A DNA stretch of 64,000 nt from a virus (Duplodnaviria; Caudoviricetes). Numbering within the stretch: position 1 is the first letter of the stretch; the number at the start of each line of letters is the position of its first letter. The stretch spans positions 1 through 64,000 of the IMG/VR virus record IMGVR_UViG_3300032038_000021; one strand, 5' to 3'. The notes under the pieces were generated by a model. That model saw only the letters and a list, made by a program, of their open reading frames with translations. It was not told where the DNA came from and ran no database searches. The translations under genes were made by a program, and so were the position numbers. This document shows, piece after piece, positions 42,525-53,131 of this stretch.

Positions 42525-42680
42525 ATTATACTCCTTTCTGTATATAAATCCATATTATCATATTTATAGTATATTATTCAAAAATTATTTATATAATAGA
42601 TATCGTATCATCCCCTAATATAAGCAATATTATCCTACTTTATTACTCTAAATATTGCCACTTTTGAAGAAATAAATTTC

Positions 42681-42692
42681 AACAATATAGTA
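42681..42692 (+). promoter_or_regulatory. late promoter motif AACA-N6-TA (representative of 13 sites)
   Basis: Also +482, +16160, +25823, +30465, +33591, +36632, +46734, +61171, -13214, -16143, -25797, -49946. Confidence 0.75.
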
Positions 42693-42805
42693 AAAATTAG
42701 TGTATACCGCTTTCAGGTATCATATAATTTAAAATCTCAGTATTTATATTTTAAAATAAATTCAATAGCAATGTCTATTAAATATTATAAAAGGAGGAAT
42801 ACATT

Positions 42806-44557
42806 ATGCCTATCGCTGGTGTAAGAGAAACAAAGACTGTTGGCAACTCTTATCGTAAGAGTCCGCTTGCTGCTTATGCAAAGGCATTTTCAGAATGCGC
42901 TCAATCTATCCTGAAAGAGGATGGTTATGATATTTTTGAAGAACCGCAGAAGGTTTATCATCGCAAGGAATCCAATGCTGCAATGAAGAGATTCTTCATG
43001 GAGAATTGGTACGATGAGAAGAATAATACTCTCGATGCTGAAGATCGTGAAGATCTCCTTGAGCAGGCTAGTGCTCAGTTCGAGAATGACGTTGAGGCTA
43101 TGATGGAGCATTCTGCTCCGGCAGATTATAACCCGATCGTTGGTATGGCTCTGCCGATTCATAAGCTTATTCTTATGAACAACGTCTATGATAAAGGTGT
43201 ATTACAAAAAGTGACCGCAGTACAGCCGAAGTTCACGATCTCTCTTGAGAGAAGGCTTCTGGTTAAGCCGGATGGTACTGAAATTGATATGTTCCTTCAG
43301 CAGAATGAAATGACTGATGCTATCGATTCCACTAACCCGGTTAAGGTTATTGATCTTACTCTCCCGGTAACGGAAGATAAGGATATTATTACAGATGAGT
43401 TTGGTGGAACTTCTCTTGATAATCTGGATGTTTCTACTTATATCTCTGCTGTTAAGGTTAAGGACGTTCTGTTTGAGGTTGGTGATATCCTTCCGGATGC
43501 AGACGGTTATATCAATAAGGATGGCGAGGTTGCTACGGAAGATACGACTGCTGATGTTTGGTTCCGTACGGATATTCGCTTTGCTCCGAACTACGGCGGA
43601 CCGGCTCATTTCGAGAGAACTGTTACGACTCCGCTTCAGATTACTTATAAGGATGCTGCTAATTCGGGTGCTGTTACCACGAAGAAGGCTGTTATCACTG
43701 GTTCTATGAATAAGAACCGTTTCAATATTGCTGATCTGTCTGGTAATATTGAGGAGATTCGTCTGTCTGCGAAGCTCGATTCCAGTAACGCAATGCTCTC
43801 CACTGTATCTACTAAGTGGAAGGTTGATACTGATCTGGTTGAGATCGGAACCGCTACTCCGGTTAATGTAACGATCTCTCCGGAAGAAGTTAAGGACCTT
43901 GCTGCTATGTACAACGTCAACCAGCTTACTAAGCATCTTGAGCTTATCAAGACTGTTCTTGGTAACTATAAGGATGACAAGATCAAGAGCTTCATCGATG
44001 ATACTTATAATAGGCTCGATGAGAGAACCTCTTTCGCAGAGTCATTCGATTTCGCACCGAGGGATGAGTACGCACTGTCTCATGTCGAGTGGAGACAGGC
44101 TACGTTCATGGATTTCCTGGACGACTTTGCTACTCGTATGCTTCAGGTTCTCAATGATCCGAACATGACGATTTCTGTCGTTGGTGATCCTCGTATTGTC
44201 CGTAAGCTTACTCCGAAGGATTATAGTTATCAGGCTCCTAGCAATATCGGTCCTGTTACACTTGATTACACTCAGACGATTGTCAATATGAGTGATAAGA
44301 GAGTATACAACTTCGTTGGCTCCGATAAGATGCGTAATACCAATGAGCTTATGGTTATTCTGAATCCGCGCAATAGTGAGCGTATCTGCCTGAGGATCTA
44401 TGATTATCAGCTGTATGTCTCTAACGAGATTCGTAATATCAACAACCCGGCTCTTCCGGCTATTCATGCATTCGAGCGGTTTAAGACTGTTGCTTATCAG
44501 CCTGTGCTTGGTAAGGTTGCTATTCTTAATCCGAGCGGTCTTCGTGCTGGAGAGTAA
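42806..44557 (+). CDS. major capsid protein precursor
   Basis: Strongest codon bias in window, own late motif (42681), terminator, helical prodomain; ISPEEVKDLAAMYN resembles T4 gp23-type capsids. Confidence 0.75.
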   Translation: MPIAGVRETKTVGNSYRKSPLAAYAKAFSECAQSILKEDGYDIFEEPQKVYHRKESNAAMKRFFMENWYDEKNNTLDAEDREDLLEQASAQFENDVEAMMEHSAPADYNPIVGMALPIHKLILMNNVYDKGVLQKVTAVQPKFTISLERRLLVKPDGTEIDMFLQQNEMTDAIDSTNPVKVIDLTLPVTEDKDIITDEFGGTSLDNLDVSTYISAVKVKDVLFEVGDILPDADGYINKDGEVATEDTTADVWFRTDIRFAPNYGGPAHFERTVTTPLQITYKDAANSGAVTTKKAVITGSMNKNRFNIADLSGNIEEIRLSAKLDSSNAMLSTVSTKWKVDTDLVEIGTATPVNVTISPEEVKDLAAMYNVNQLTKHLELIKTVLGNYKDDKIKSFIDDTYNRLDERTSFAESFDFAPRDEYALSHVEWRQATFMDFLDDFATRMLQVLNDPNMTISVVGDPRIVRKLTPKDYSYQAPSNIGPVTLDYTQTIVNMSDKRVYNFVGSDKMRNTNELMVILNPRNSERICLRIYDYQLYVSNEIRNINNPALPAIHAFERFKTVAYQPVLGKVAILNPSGLRAGE

Positions 44558-44687
44558 TTTAGAGTATAGATTATAATAACACATAATGAGGAGGTGTAGG
44601 GAGAAATCCCTACACCTCTTTTTATCATATTCAGATTATTATCATTAACTTATTTGTATAATTTACAAAGTAAGTTATATTTTAATA

Positions 44688-44697
44688 ATATACTATA
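44688..44697 (+). promoter_or_regulatory. early promoter motif ATATAYTATA (representative)
   Basis: Also +4524, +31061, +51334, +58920, -6012, -23215, -27965, -42574, -49833; all upstream of non-structural genes. Confidence 0.65.
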
Positions 44698-44745
44698 ATA
44701 ATGTAAAAAGAAACAAATAATTTATTTATAAGGAGGAAATTTATT

Positions 44746-45207
44746 ATGTTAGATGATTTTGATATTATAGATCTGTTTTTGGAAGACGATGAAGAAGAGT
44801 GTCTTGACGAATCAGCTACGAAAGAAGGTTTGCCAAGATATATAGAATTATTATTTGAGCATTTATTAAAGTTCGAATATCAGCCTGAGAGGAGATCTAG
44901 AGGTTGGTTAAAAACTATTAATACCAATAATACAAATATAATGACATTATTAGGTCCACGGAGAGGAAAAATATATACACAAGTTAATTCTAAATATTTG
45001 GATGATAGATTTGTTGTAGCTGCACATGATGCTGGAAGAGCAATAGGTCAAAATTTAAGTTATCTTAGTAGGCCTATTGATTGGGATAGAGAATTTATTA
45101 TGAATAAAGAAGCTATAAAAGCTTGGTTGTATGATCATAATAATTATGCTGATAATTGTAAAGCTGTAGAGGAATATATTAATGATACAATCAAATATAA
45201 AGAATAA
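44746..45207 (+). CDS. DUF29-like protein
   Basis: LFEHLLKFEYQPERRSRGWLKTI is the DUF29 signature. Confidence 0.7.
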   Translation: MLDDFDIIDLFLEDDEEECLDESATKEGLPRYIELLFEHLLKFEYQPERRSRGWLKTINTNNTNIMTLLGPRRGKIYTQVNSKYLDDRFVVAAHDAGRAIGQNLSYLSRPIDWDREFIMNKEAIKAWLYDHNNYADNCKAVEEYINDTIKYKE

Positions 45208-45703
45208 TATATTAGGTTTTGAAGATTTTCAAAACAAATATCGTGACGAATGGAGAAAGGGTAATATATCTGAAAATAGTGTAAATGAATTATTATATGT
45301 ATTAAGTAATATTGATATAAATAATTCAATTTGTAAGAAAATATTTTGGACTGTTCAGGATATTATACCTCTTTTAATTAAGTATAGATTCAAAAAGAAT
45401 CAATCTTATAAATTAATAGAACCTATACGTATGGATAATTGGTCCTTACATACTTGGATCAGTATAGATCCAAATATAGTTGAATATGGTTGTAGTAAAA
45501 CTACTATATATGGAGGTGTTTGTGAAGGTTTTCGGTTAACTTACGGAGACGACAACTATGCTGATATAGCAGGAGATGAATTAATGAATCAATTAACTGA
45601 AGAATTTATTCTTAAAAATCTATCTGATATAGATTATATTGAGAATTATCTAAAAACTTATGCTAAGACAGATAAGATTAGAAGATATCTTCAGTTAATT
45701 TAA
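45182..45703 (+). CDS. hypothetical protein
   Basis: ORF in early operon; start uncertain. Confidence 0.6.
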   Translation: MIQSNIKNNILGFEDFQNKYRDEWRKGNISENSVNELLYVLSNIDINNSICKKIFWTVQDIIPLLIKYRFKKNQSYKLIEPIRMDNWSLHTWISIDPNIVEYGCSKTTIYGGVCEGFRLTYGDDNYADIAGDELMNQLTEEFILKNLSDIDYIENYLKTYAKTDKIRRYLQLI

Positions 45704-45716
45704 AAGGTAATTTATT

Positions 45717-46235
45717 ATGGATTATATAGATAAATTATTTGATAAAATCTCCAATTTCGATGACAATAAAATTATTAAATATAAATCTAAATGGTGTCTT
45801 ATCAGATTAATCTATATGTGTTTGAAATATAGGTATTGTTATCAGATAGGAGTAACACAACAAGTTGATTGGGTTAGTGAAATTGGTTGGTTATTATTAA
45901 ATTATGGTCCTGGTGAATTAGACGACTACGGTGTAAATGAAAGTATCGATTTCTTTCATGAAGGTGAAGTATTAGAAAATATATATTTAGAAGTAGTAGA
46001 TTTTATGGAGAATTATCAAGGATATAAAGACTTACCAAGAGATAAAGATACTATATATAAATTTGCTAGAGATAATATATGTAAAGGTGCTGACGAAAGT
46101 ATAAGATTTTTTGATACTATAACTCGTGATCCGTATAAATATCAACAATGGAAAGAAAGTTGTTTCATATATAAATGGGTTTGTAAATATGCTAGAGGTA
46201 ATAGAATTAAAGAAGAGATAAAATTGTATTTTTAA
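45717..46235 (+). CDS. hypothetical protein
   Basis: ORF in early operon; LKYRY...W motif faintly DUF29-like. Confidence 0.6.
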   Translation: MDYIDKLFDKISNFDDNKIIKYKSKWCLIRLIYMCLKYRYCYQIGVTQQVDWVSEIGWLLLNYGPGELDDYGVNESIDFFHEGEVLENIYLEVVDFMENYQGYKDLPRDKDTIYKFARDNICKGADESIRFFDTITRDPYKYQQWKESCFIYKWVCKYARGNRIKEEIKLYF

Positions 46236-46289
46236 ATCATTCCCAGTAGGTAATACCTACTGGGAATGATTATTTATGAGGAAATAAGT

Positions 46290-46667
46290 ATGGAAGACTT
46301 AATGGGAAACTTTGAGGGTTCTGTAACACAGTTCTTTGTACCTGATTCTGAAGTAGTTGTATTCTTTGGATTTATTAATAAGCTTCAGTATCCAGAAGCA
46401 AAAGAAGATGATTTCTATATTATGGTTTGTACGAATTTTATATATAATAACGGCAAGCCTGTAGAAGTATTTCGTATATCTTTAGAAGAACCTAAATATA
46501 TTTATGGGAGTGATAGACTTCCAGAAGATATTAGGGGAGCAGTTATTAAGGTTATAATGGATAATTATAAGCGTGGACTTGAAGCTATTAACGAATATAT
46601 GGAGAGTGGTTGTGAGACTCCTCTTTATGACGTTAATAGACCTGTTCCGGATTATACTAAGTTGTAA
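46290..46667 (+). CDS. single-domain member of ISLxEPKY...PxPDY family
   Basis: FRISLEEPKYIY..DRLPEDIR..NRPVPDY. Confidence 0.7.
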   Translation: MEDLMGNFEGSVTQFFVPDSEVVVFFGFINKLQYPEAKEDDFYIMVCTNFIYNNGKPVEVFRISLEEPKYIYGSDRLPEDIRGAVIKVIMDNYKRGLEAINEYMESGCETPLYDVNRPVPDYTKL

Positions 46668-46790
46668 TATATACTTGGGGATTGGTTAAACTAATCCCTT
46701 TATTTTTTATTTTATCAAAATTCGTATGATTTTAACACTTTAATAATGACTTATATGATATCTGTATCTGATTAGATATTAAAAATAAAT

Positions 46791-48038
46791 ATGAAAGGAT
46801 TAGAGATAATGGATAATCTTACTTTAGAAACAAAGATGCCTATTATTCATGAGCTGACAAAAGCTTGTGAATTTTTAAAGAGTGTTGTAGATTCTGTAAA
46901 TATTAGCGATGAGAATTTTAAAGATAATTGGAATGAAATTAATGAGATTCTTAATAGATTATTTCCCGATAAACAATGCTTACATGTAAGCGTAACGTTA
47001 AATACTGATAAGGTTTGCTTTAGTGTTATAGTAAACCCAGTAATTAGTAATATAGATCTTATGGATATTTTACTGAATGATAGTGAAATGTCTATAGATA
47101 AGTATATGGTAGAAATAGATTCTAAAATTGTATCAGCTTTATCTGCAGATGATTTAGCAATGTATATTATCCATGATATAGATGCTATTACAAGTCCTTA
47201 TGCTGTTACTAGAGTAAGAGCATTTATGGATATATTAATGGCAAATCAGGAAGATAATATAGATCTTAAGAATAGTATTAATTATAGTAATATTCTCATA
47301 TATGGTATTAAATATACTATGAGAAAATTAACCAATTTATTACATTATAACGACGAGGAGGAAAAATCTTGGCCTCGCTTAGCAGATATACGGGCTAATA
47401 TCAGAAACGCTGTTCCTCAGATTATGAGTGATCAGACTCAACCAGATCTGAGCCTTCTACAGTGGTGTTTATTAGTTTATAAGAACTTAGATATAGAATA
47501 TAAGGATGCTATAGAGGTTCTTACGAATGCGAAAGCTGTTACTGGATCTGAATTAGATATATCTGAAATTAATAAATTGATTAAATCTCTTAAAAGAGCT
47601 TCTAGTGAATTAATTACAGAAAGTTCTGTATATGAGAATATTAAGAATAATACCAACTCTACAGCTATTATAAAAGAACAATATCTTGCAGAGAAATTTA
47701 GTCTGTTTAAGAATCTTAAGAAGAATGGATTAAGATCAATAGAAGATGATTTATATGAATATAGATTAAGAACTAAGAATTGTACAGAACAATCTGACGC
47801 AATTTATATTCTGAGATGCATTAATACTAGATTATCTATATTAGATGATTATCTTGCTAATGAAGATATTACTGATTATGAAAGACAACACTGGCAGGAT
47901 GTAGCAGATCAATATAGAAATCTTAGAATAGAATTAGGAAGTAAGAAGTTTAATACAAATTCTGTCAGTAAGAACTTCAATAATTTCTTAAATATAGATT
48001 ATGATGCTCTTGATAGATTAGATAAGAATACATATTAA
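46791..48038 (+). CDS. putative virion protein
   Basis: Late motif at 46734; ITES and LAE sites. Confidence 0.55.
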   Translation: MKGLEIMDNLTLETKMPIIHELTKACEFLKSVVDSVNISDENFKDNWNEINEILNRLFPDKQCLHVSVTLNTDKVCFSVIVNPVISNIDLMDILLNDSEMSIDKYMVEIDSKIVSALSADDLAMYIIHDIDAITSPYAVTRVRAFMDILMANQEDNIDLKNSINYSNILIYGIKYTMRKLTNLLHYNDEEEKSWPRLADIRANIRNAVPQIMSDQTQPDLSLLQWCLLVYKNLDIEYKDAIEVLTNAKAVTGSELDISEINKLIKSLKRASSELITESSVYENIKNNTNSTAIIKEQYLAEKFSLFKNLKKNGLRSIEDDLYEYRLRTKNCTEQSDAIYILRCINTRLSILDDYLANEDITDYERQHWQDVADQYRNLRIELGSKKFNTNSVSKNFNNFLNIDYDALDRLDKNTY

Positions 48039-48083
48039 AAAAGAAAGGAGTAGGGATAACCCTACTCCAATCTTTTTATTTAT

Positions 48084-49781
48084 TTATTTGGTTTCATAAT
48101 AGCTCTCAAGGCTATTCTTGATCACGTTTCCTTCCGAGTCGAAGTTAAACTTTCTAACCTCAACTGAGAAGTATTCTGGCTTCACGTTGATTATCGTCGA
48201 TACGATGTTTATAAATAACTCTTTATAATCTGCAATAGATTTACATACAATAGCAGCAGAAGTCTTCCTTGCAGGGTTATGAGCATTCTCGTTACAAACG
48301 ATAATATACAGGCAGTTAGTGCTCTGCTCTATATCTTTCATTGTACTGCATTTATATCTATAGATATAATCACCAAACGTTCTATATATTGCAGACACTC
48401 CCACACCCACTTCTCTATAAGTAGGATATTTATTGACACTATAGGGCTGCACATTATATTTTCTAGTATCATTATTATAGTGCAAGCAACAAAGATTCAC
48501 TTTAAGTTCCTCACAGGCTTTAATAAACGATACAAGAGGGCTCTGAAGACCCGTACAATAAAGATTAACTGATTTGTTTGCTCTACCTTCAGAATCGAAC
48601 CTCAGATATTTCTTGAGGAAATCCTTACATATCTGAAGCTGCTTATCATAATCAAACATAGTCTCTTTGTCGAGACCATCTTCAAATACTCCTTTAACAG
48701 CAGGAGTAGAATGTCTTCCATCTACTAATACACATTCAAACACCGGAGATGCAGAAGTAATTCTGTTAATATTCTTATTATGCAGAATACTCCGCGTATA
48801 CATACCAGGTATACCAGGTTTTATATATGACTCTTCGATGATTTCAGTTTTAGCTTTCTCAACAATGGTATCAACAACAGGTTCTTCTGTTGTAACTTCT
48901 ACTGTATTTACTGTAGGTGCCGGTATTTCTTTTTCCGGCTCACGAATAGGGTCCTGAACCTTTTCTTCTACAGCAACAACTTCTTCTTTCTTTACAGCTG
49001 TTGTGCTGCTTTTATTATTAGAGGAAGCTTTATTTTTATTATTCTGTAGCTTGAGCCTCCTTGCCTTAGTTTTCTTTTTCACTTCCTCATCCTCCTCGTT
49101 CGGCCTGTTAATATCATTCTTCTTTTTCACGTTACTTACTGTATTCTGACTCACATTGGCAAGTTCAGCAATCTCGTACTGTGTTAATGATGTGGTTTTA
49201 AGATCGTTGATAATCCGATCAACAATCTCCTTCGGTATCTTATTTGAAGGAGAATAGCAGGCGTAGAAATTATGATCCATCTTTACATTTGTATATTCCT
49301 TCATATAAGAAATAAGCGACACTATAGATACAAAATATTTTTCTGCAAGTTTACTCAATTCAAATCTGGTAATATATCTAGTACCGTCAATTTCAGCAGT
49401 AGCAGCCTTCTCAATCTTATCCGCTATAAACAGCTTCTCGTCATCGGTGAAACGCTTCTTCTTATCCTGATCTTCTTTGGTACGAGTCCAGACAAATTTT
49501 GGTTCTACGTCGTTGTTTTTTACAACAGAATGAGGTTCTTCTTTTATTATCATATATTCATTTCCCATTGAATTTGCAGTTTCCACCGGCTGCTGTGTTT
49601 TGATAGAATTCTTCAACGCAATAATCCTACCTTTGTTTCTTTTGCTTATGGTTAATACCTGGGATATATCCACCCCATATTTCTTCGCCATATTTTTTAA
49701 CGAAGATAAACTGTTGTTATCAGACTCTGCGAGTGCCGATATGATACAATCTTGCAAACTCTTTGTCATTTCCTTGTACAT
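48084..49781 (-). CDS. multidomain HTH protein with Rossmann/CARF-like module
   Basis: HTH LTQYEIAELANVSQNTVSNV; GRH...LYCTGL...LHYN module. Confidence 0.55.
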   Translation of the reverse strand: MYKEMTKSLQDCIISALAESDNNSLSSLKNMAKKYGVDISQVLTISKRNKGRIIALKNSIKTQQPVETANSMGNEYMIIKEEPHSVVKNNDVEPKFVWTRTKEDQDKKKRFTDDEKLFIADKIEKAATAEIDGTRYITRFELSKLAEKYFVSIVSLISYMKEYTNVKMDHNFYACYSPSNKIPKEIVDRIINDLKTTSLTQYEIAELANVSQNTVSNVKKKNDINRPNEEDEEVKKKTKARRLKLQNNKNKASSNNKSSTTAVKKEEVVAVEEKVQDPIREPEKEIPAPTVNTVEVTTEEPVVDTIVEKAKTEIIEESYIKPGIPGMYTRSILHNKNINRITSASPVFECVLVDGRHSTPAVKGVFEDGLDKETMFDYDKQLQICKDFLKKYLRFDSEGRANKSVNLYCTGLQSPLVSFIKACEELKVNLCCLHYNNDTRKYNVQPYSVNKYPTYREVGVGVSAIYRTFGDYIYRYKCSTMKDIEQSTNCLYIIVCNENAHNPARKTSAAIVCKSIADYKELFINIVSTIINVKPEYFSVEVRKFNFDSEGNVIKNSLESYYETK

Positions 49782-49860
49782 GATATCTCCTTTCTACAAT
49801 GACAGTAATTAATATTACATACTTATAGTATATGATTGAAATTATTTAAAAGACATATAT

Positions 49861-49935
49861 TCCCCGTAGGTTTTACCCTACGGGGAAATACAGGAGAATT
49901 TTTATGAAACCGTTAACGCACCACCTTTTTGTATT
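49861..49935 (-). ncRNA. candidate ~75-nt late small RNA
   Basis: AACA-N6-TA at 49946-49935, hairpin 49861-49887, no ORF on this strand. Confidence 0.4.
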
Positions 49936-50016
49936 ACTATTATGTTTTTATATGATAATATAGATATATTAATTTAAAGTAATAGATCCCCAATATAGTC
50001 AAGTAGATAAATGAAT

Positions 50017-50331
50017 TTATCTTCCATATACGATAACACGAAGTAGTGTATTTCCACTTTCCATATAATACCTTACAAGCGAATTATTAAAAAATATATA
50101 TAGAACCGCAATAATTGTACTGGTGTCATCTATTACACCTAAATAACATGGTTTACCAATTATATATCTGCTAGTATATATAATTCCTCCACCAAATGGT
50201 TGACCGCTATTATCTCTACCATACAAAACCATAATATCTGATATATTGTCAGGAATAGTAACATCAACAGGTGTTCGAGAACTTGTAGTATTATCGTTAA
50301 TAACGATAAATTGTTTGTTTATTTTTTCATC
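50017..50331 (-). other. silent cassette c5 (DEKINK...)
   Basis: 105-codon frame from TGATGAA core. Confidence 0.75.
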
Positions 50332-50371
50332 ATCTTCTAAATTTATATTATAAATAAGTTTTAGTTGTTAA

Positions 50372-50659
50372 TTATTGAAGAATTTTCCACGAATCCCATG
50401 TTTGAGGATTTCCAACTCTTCGCCTGAACCCTTGTGAATTTCCACCTATAATTAATTGTATTCTGAAAGTATCGAATTGTATAAGTACTCCGTACCATGG
50501 AGAAAATTTAGATGGAAAACTTGTATGAACAAATTCTGTGCTAGATCCTATAGCATAATAACCAACACCTATATCTGTATTATCTATATTACCGGAAAAA
50601 TAACCTCTATTTCTTAACGGATAGCTTGACAATTTACAATAATTATTATTCAAATCATC
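50372..50659 (-). other. silent cassette c6, pyocin-knob-like (DDLNNNY...)
   Basis: 96 codons from core; WYGVLI..IQL...RR....WDSWK. Confidence 0.75.
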
Positions 50660-50678
50660 AATCGGTTGTAAAATTATA

Positions 50679-50963
50679 TTATGTTTTAGCAAGTACGTAC
50701 CAACTAGTAAAACTATTATTAAGTCTATATCTAAGCACAGTTTGATTAGTATATATTTGTATTTGTATTCCATAGTCTAATGTTCTACGATATGATATGA
50801 TAAAATGAATATTACCTTTTAAATGAGCATCAGTTTCATATTGACCGTGACTAAAGGAAATTGATCCAGTAGGTTGATTATTAAATAGATCGGCGCATGA
50901 ATATGATTCATTTAATAATATAGGTGAAAATGTACATTTACTACGAAACTGTGTAGCTTCATC
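50679..50963 (-). other. silent cassette c7 (DEATQF...)
   Basis: 95-codon frame from core, absent from ORF track; ends FTSWYVLAKT. Confidence 0.75.
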
Positions 50964-50976
50964 AATCGATTAAAAA

Positions 50977-51276
50977 TTATAATTCTTTTACAGGCTGCCA
51001 AGTGCCACTAATTTTTGTTTGATAAAGTAATTTACTAGTATTATATCCAAAAACTAAACCAGCAGCATAATCACTAGTTGCAAATTTTTGCACTATACAA
51101 GTAAAATTTCCATATACAAATATTATACCTATATGTATTTTATTATCGTTATCTATACTATCTATAGCTGTAGATATAACATCTTTGATTTGATTAGTAT
51201 TTTTATAACTTAAATAAAACGAATTACCAATATAACTAGTTATTTTATTTAATTTCTCAATAGGACCATTTTCATC
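50977..51276 (-). other. silent cassette c8 (DENGPI...)
   Basis: 100-codon frame from core; ends SGTWQPVKEL. Confidence 0.75.
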
Positions 51277-51433
51277 AAAACAATCGGCTCTAGGGTTAAT
51301 TCCCTAGAGCCGTTAAAATTGCTAAAAATAATCATATATTATATTTTAAATAAATAATAGGAAACTGGATTAAATTATAGAAAGGTGGTGATTATATAAG
51401 GATAAAAGAAATAGGAAATAGACAAGGAGGTGA

Positions 51434-51607
51434 ATGAGATTGATTTATCTTAATAAAGATCAAATAGATCAAGTTGTCCAGATTGCAAAGTCGATACGAC
51501 CTGATCTATTTCCTGATGGCAACCATATCATTGGGAGATCTTATAAAGATTTATTTGAAGTTTCTAATCTTTACAGAACTATCTGTAAAGATTTAGGATA
51601 CAGATAA
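51434..51607 (+). CDS. 57-aa protein with complementary 5'/3' flanks
   Basis: AAGGAGG RBS, MRLIYLNKDQIDQVV...; early motif at 51334. Confidence 0.6.
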   Translation: MRLIYLNKDQIDQVVQIAKSIRPDLFPDGNHIIGRSYKDLFEVSNLYRTICKDLGYR

Positions 51608-51778
51608 TAAATCACAAAAACCCGTAGTAACAATCCAATCTTTTATCCTAATCTATTTCCTATTATTTATTTGTAAAAAGAAAAGTAAATATTAAATATT
51701 TACTTTTCTTTTTTATCTGTATAATAATTTATAATTACCTCTTTATATTTTATAGTTTTCTGATGCTTAGAATCTTAA

Positions 51779-52138
51779 TCATATTGATGCTGATATTGAT
51801 TGTATTGTATTTGGTACTTGCCCATATATAATACCTAACCAATGTGTATATTGAATGTTTGCTGTGATCTTTATAGTTTTATTTGTAATTGTAGCTGTAG
51901 GGGTGGGTGGATTGTTACCACTATCACCACCACCAATAAATATAATAGTCGGATTATTAGATCCAGAAAAGAAACATAAATACATATTAGCATTTAATAC
52001 TAATAATATTCCACCATAACAAGCATTAAAATCCCCTACAGTAATATTTACATATTTTTTATTTATATATGAAAATATTATAGATTTTCAGAAAAAAGTA
52101 GTATATGATAATTGATTTTTAATCTGTGTATTTTCATC
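51779..52138 (-). pseudogene. cassette c9 (DENTQIK...) with in-frame TGA at codon 17
   Basis: Frame from core continuous except TGA at 52090-52088. Confidence 0.65.
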
Positions 52139-52190
52139 ATAAGTCAGTGAAATATAAGTAGATTTGGTAACTCACTGTATATAAGGAGTC

Positions 52191-52649
52191 TTAGAAGCTA
52201 ATTTTAGCGAGTGGAACCACACCACGACTGAGATCCGTCTTGATGTTGTACAAGATATCCCCACTCTCAAGGACAACATATGCGTTAGAATCGTTATATT
52301 TAGTGCTTGTCCAATATGGAAATCCATTATTTCGCACATATTTATTTATCATATTGGCTTCACTTTGAGTTGGGATTTTACAATTCTCTACCCTAATATC
52401 ACTAGATTTAAGATATAAGACTACTGTCCAAGAACAGTTACAAGCATCAGACCAATTTAAACTATCCTCATTAAGTCCTTTATAATTATATTGTGTATCA
52501 TATTTTCTACTTCCAATTGTAAAGTCAGTTCCCAAAAACCATGCAGCGGATCCGGATCTATAAGCACAAATAAATTGCATAGATCCTTTTTGATTTCCAT
52601 TATATGAACCTCTTACAAATGTACCTACTTTTATATTATTCAAATCATC
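52191..52649 (-). other. silent cassette c10, C-type-lectin-like with DGR-VR-like C-terminus
   Basis: DDLNNIK...YWTST..N..NAYVV...G...GVVP. Confidence 0.7.
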
Positions 52650-52727
52650 AAAAAGTTGTACTTACACCTATATTTCGTATTTGAGTAGCTTCTCATAAAC
52701 TATATTGGAGTTTAATAATATAAAACT

Positions 52728-53048
52728 TTATTGTATTGGATATATTATAGTAAATGCTCCATTTGCCGATGTTGCTGCCGATGCAGCAGAAATCTTGATG
52801 CACCCATATACATCCATAATAACAGTCATATGATTTACACCATAATCACCAAAGTGTCCTTGTGTGCTAAGACCATAGCTTGGGTAATATGCTATTGGCA
52901 TAACATCAACATTCAGTACAGTAGTCCACATAGTAGTTGGTTTCATACTATCACCATCAATCCATACTATATTACTCAGTACGCAATATATAATTGTGCC
53001 TTGATTTGCTGACAATGTTGACCATGGTACTTTGTAATTAAATTCATC
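52728..53048 (-). other. silent cassette c11 (DEFNYK...)
   Basis: 107 codons from core. Confidence 0.75.
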
Positions 53049-53131
53049 ATAAGGTCATTATTTGTATACTATTAATAATATAACTATAAAATAATTACTT
53101 CATAATCTATTTTATAAGGAGGTTTAAACCT

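Noticed and set aside
42890-44584. Long antisense and alternate-frame ORFs inside the capsid gene (also within 10805-13133)
   Set aside because: Shadow frames expected from strong codon bias; no RBS.
52088-52090. TGA recoding
   Set aside because: Single case; TGA and TAG end normal genes elsewhere and long genes are intact in code 11.
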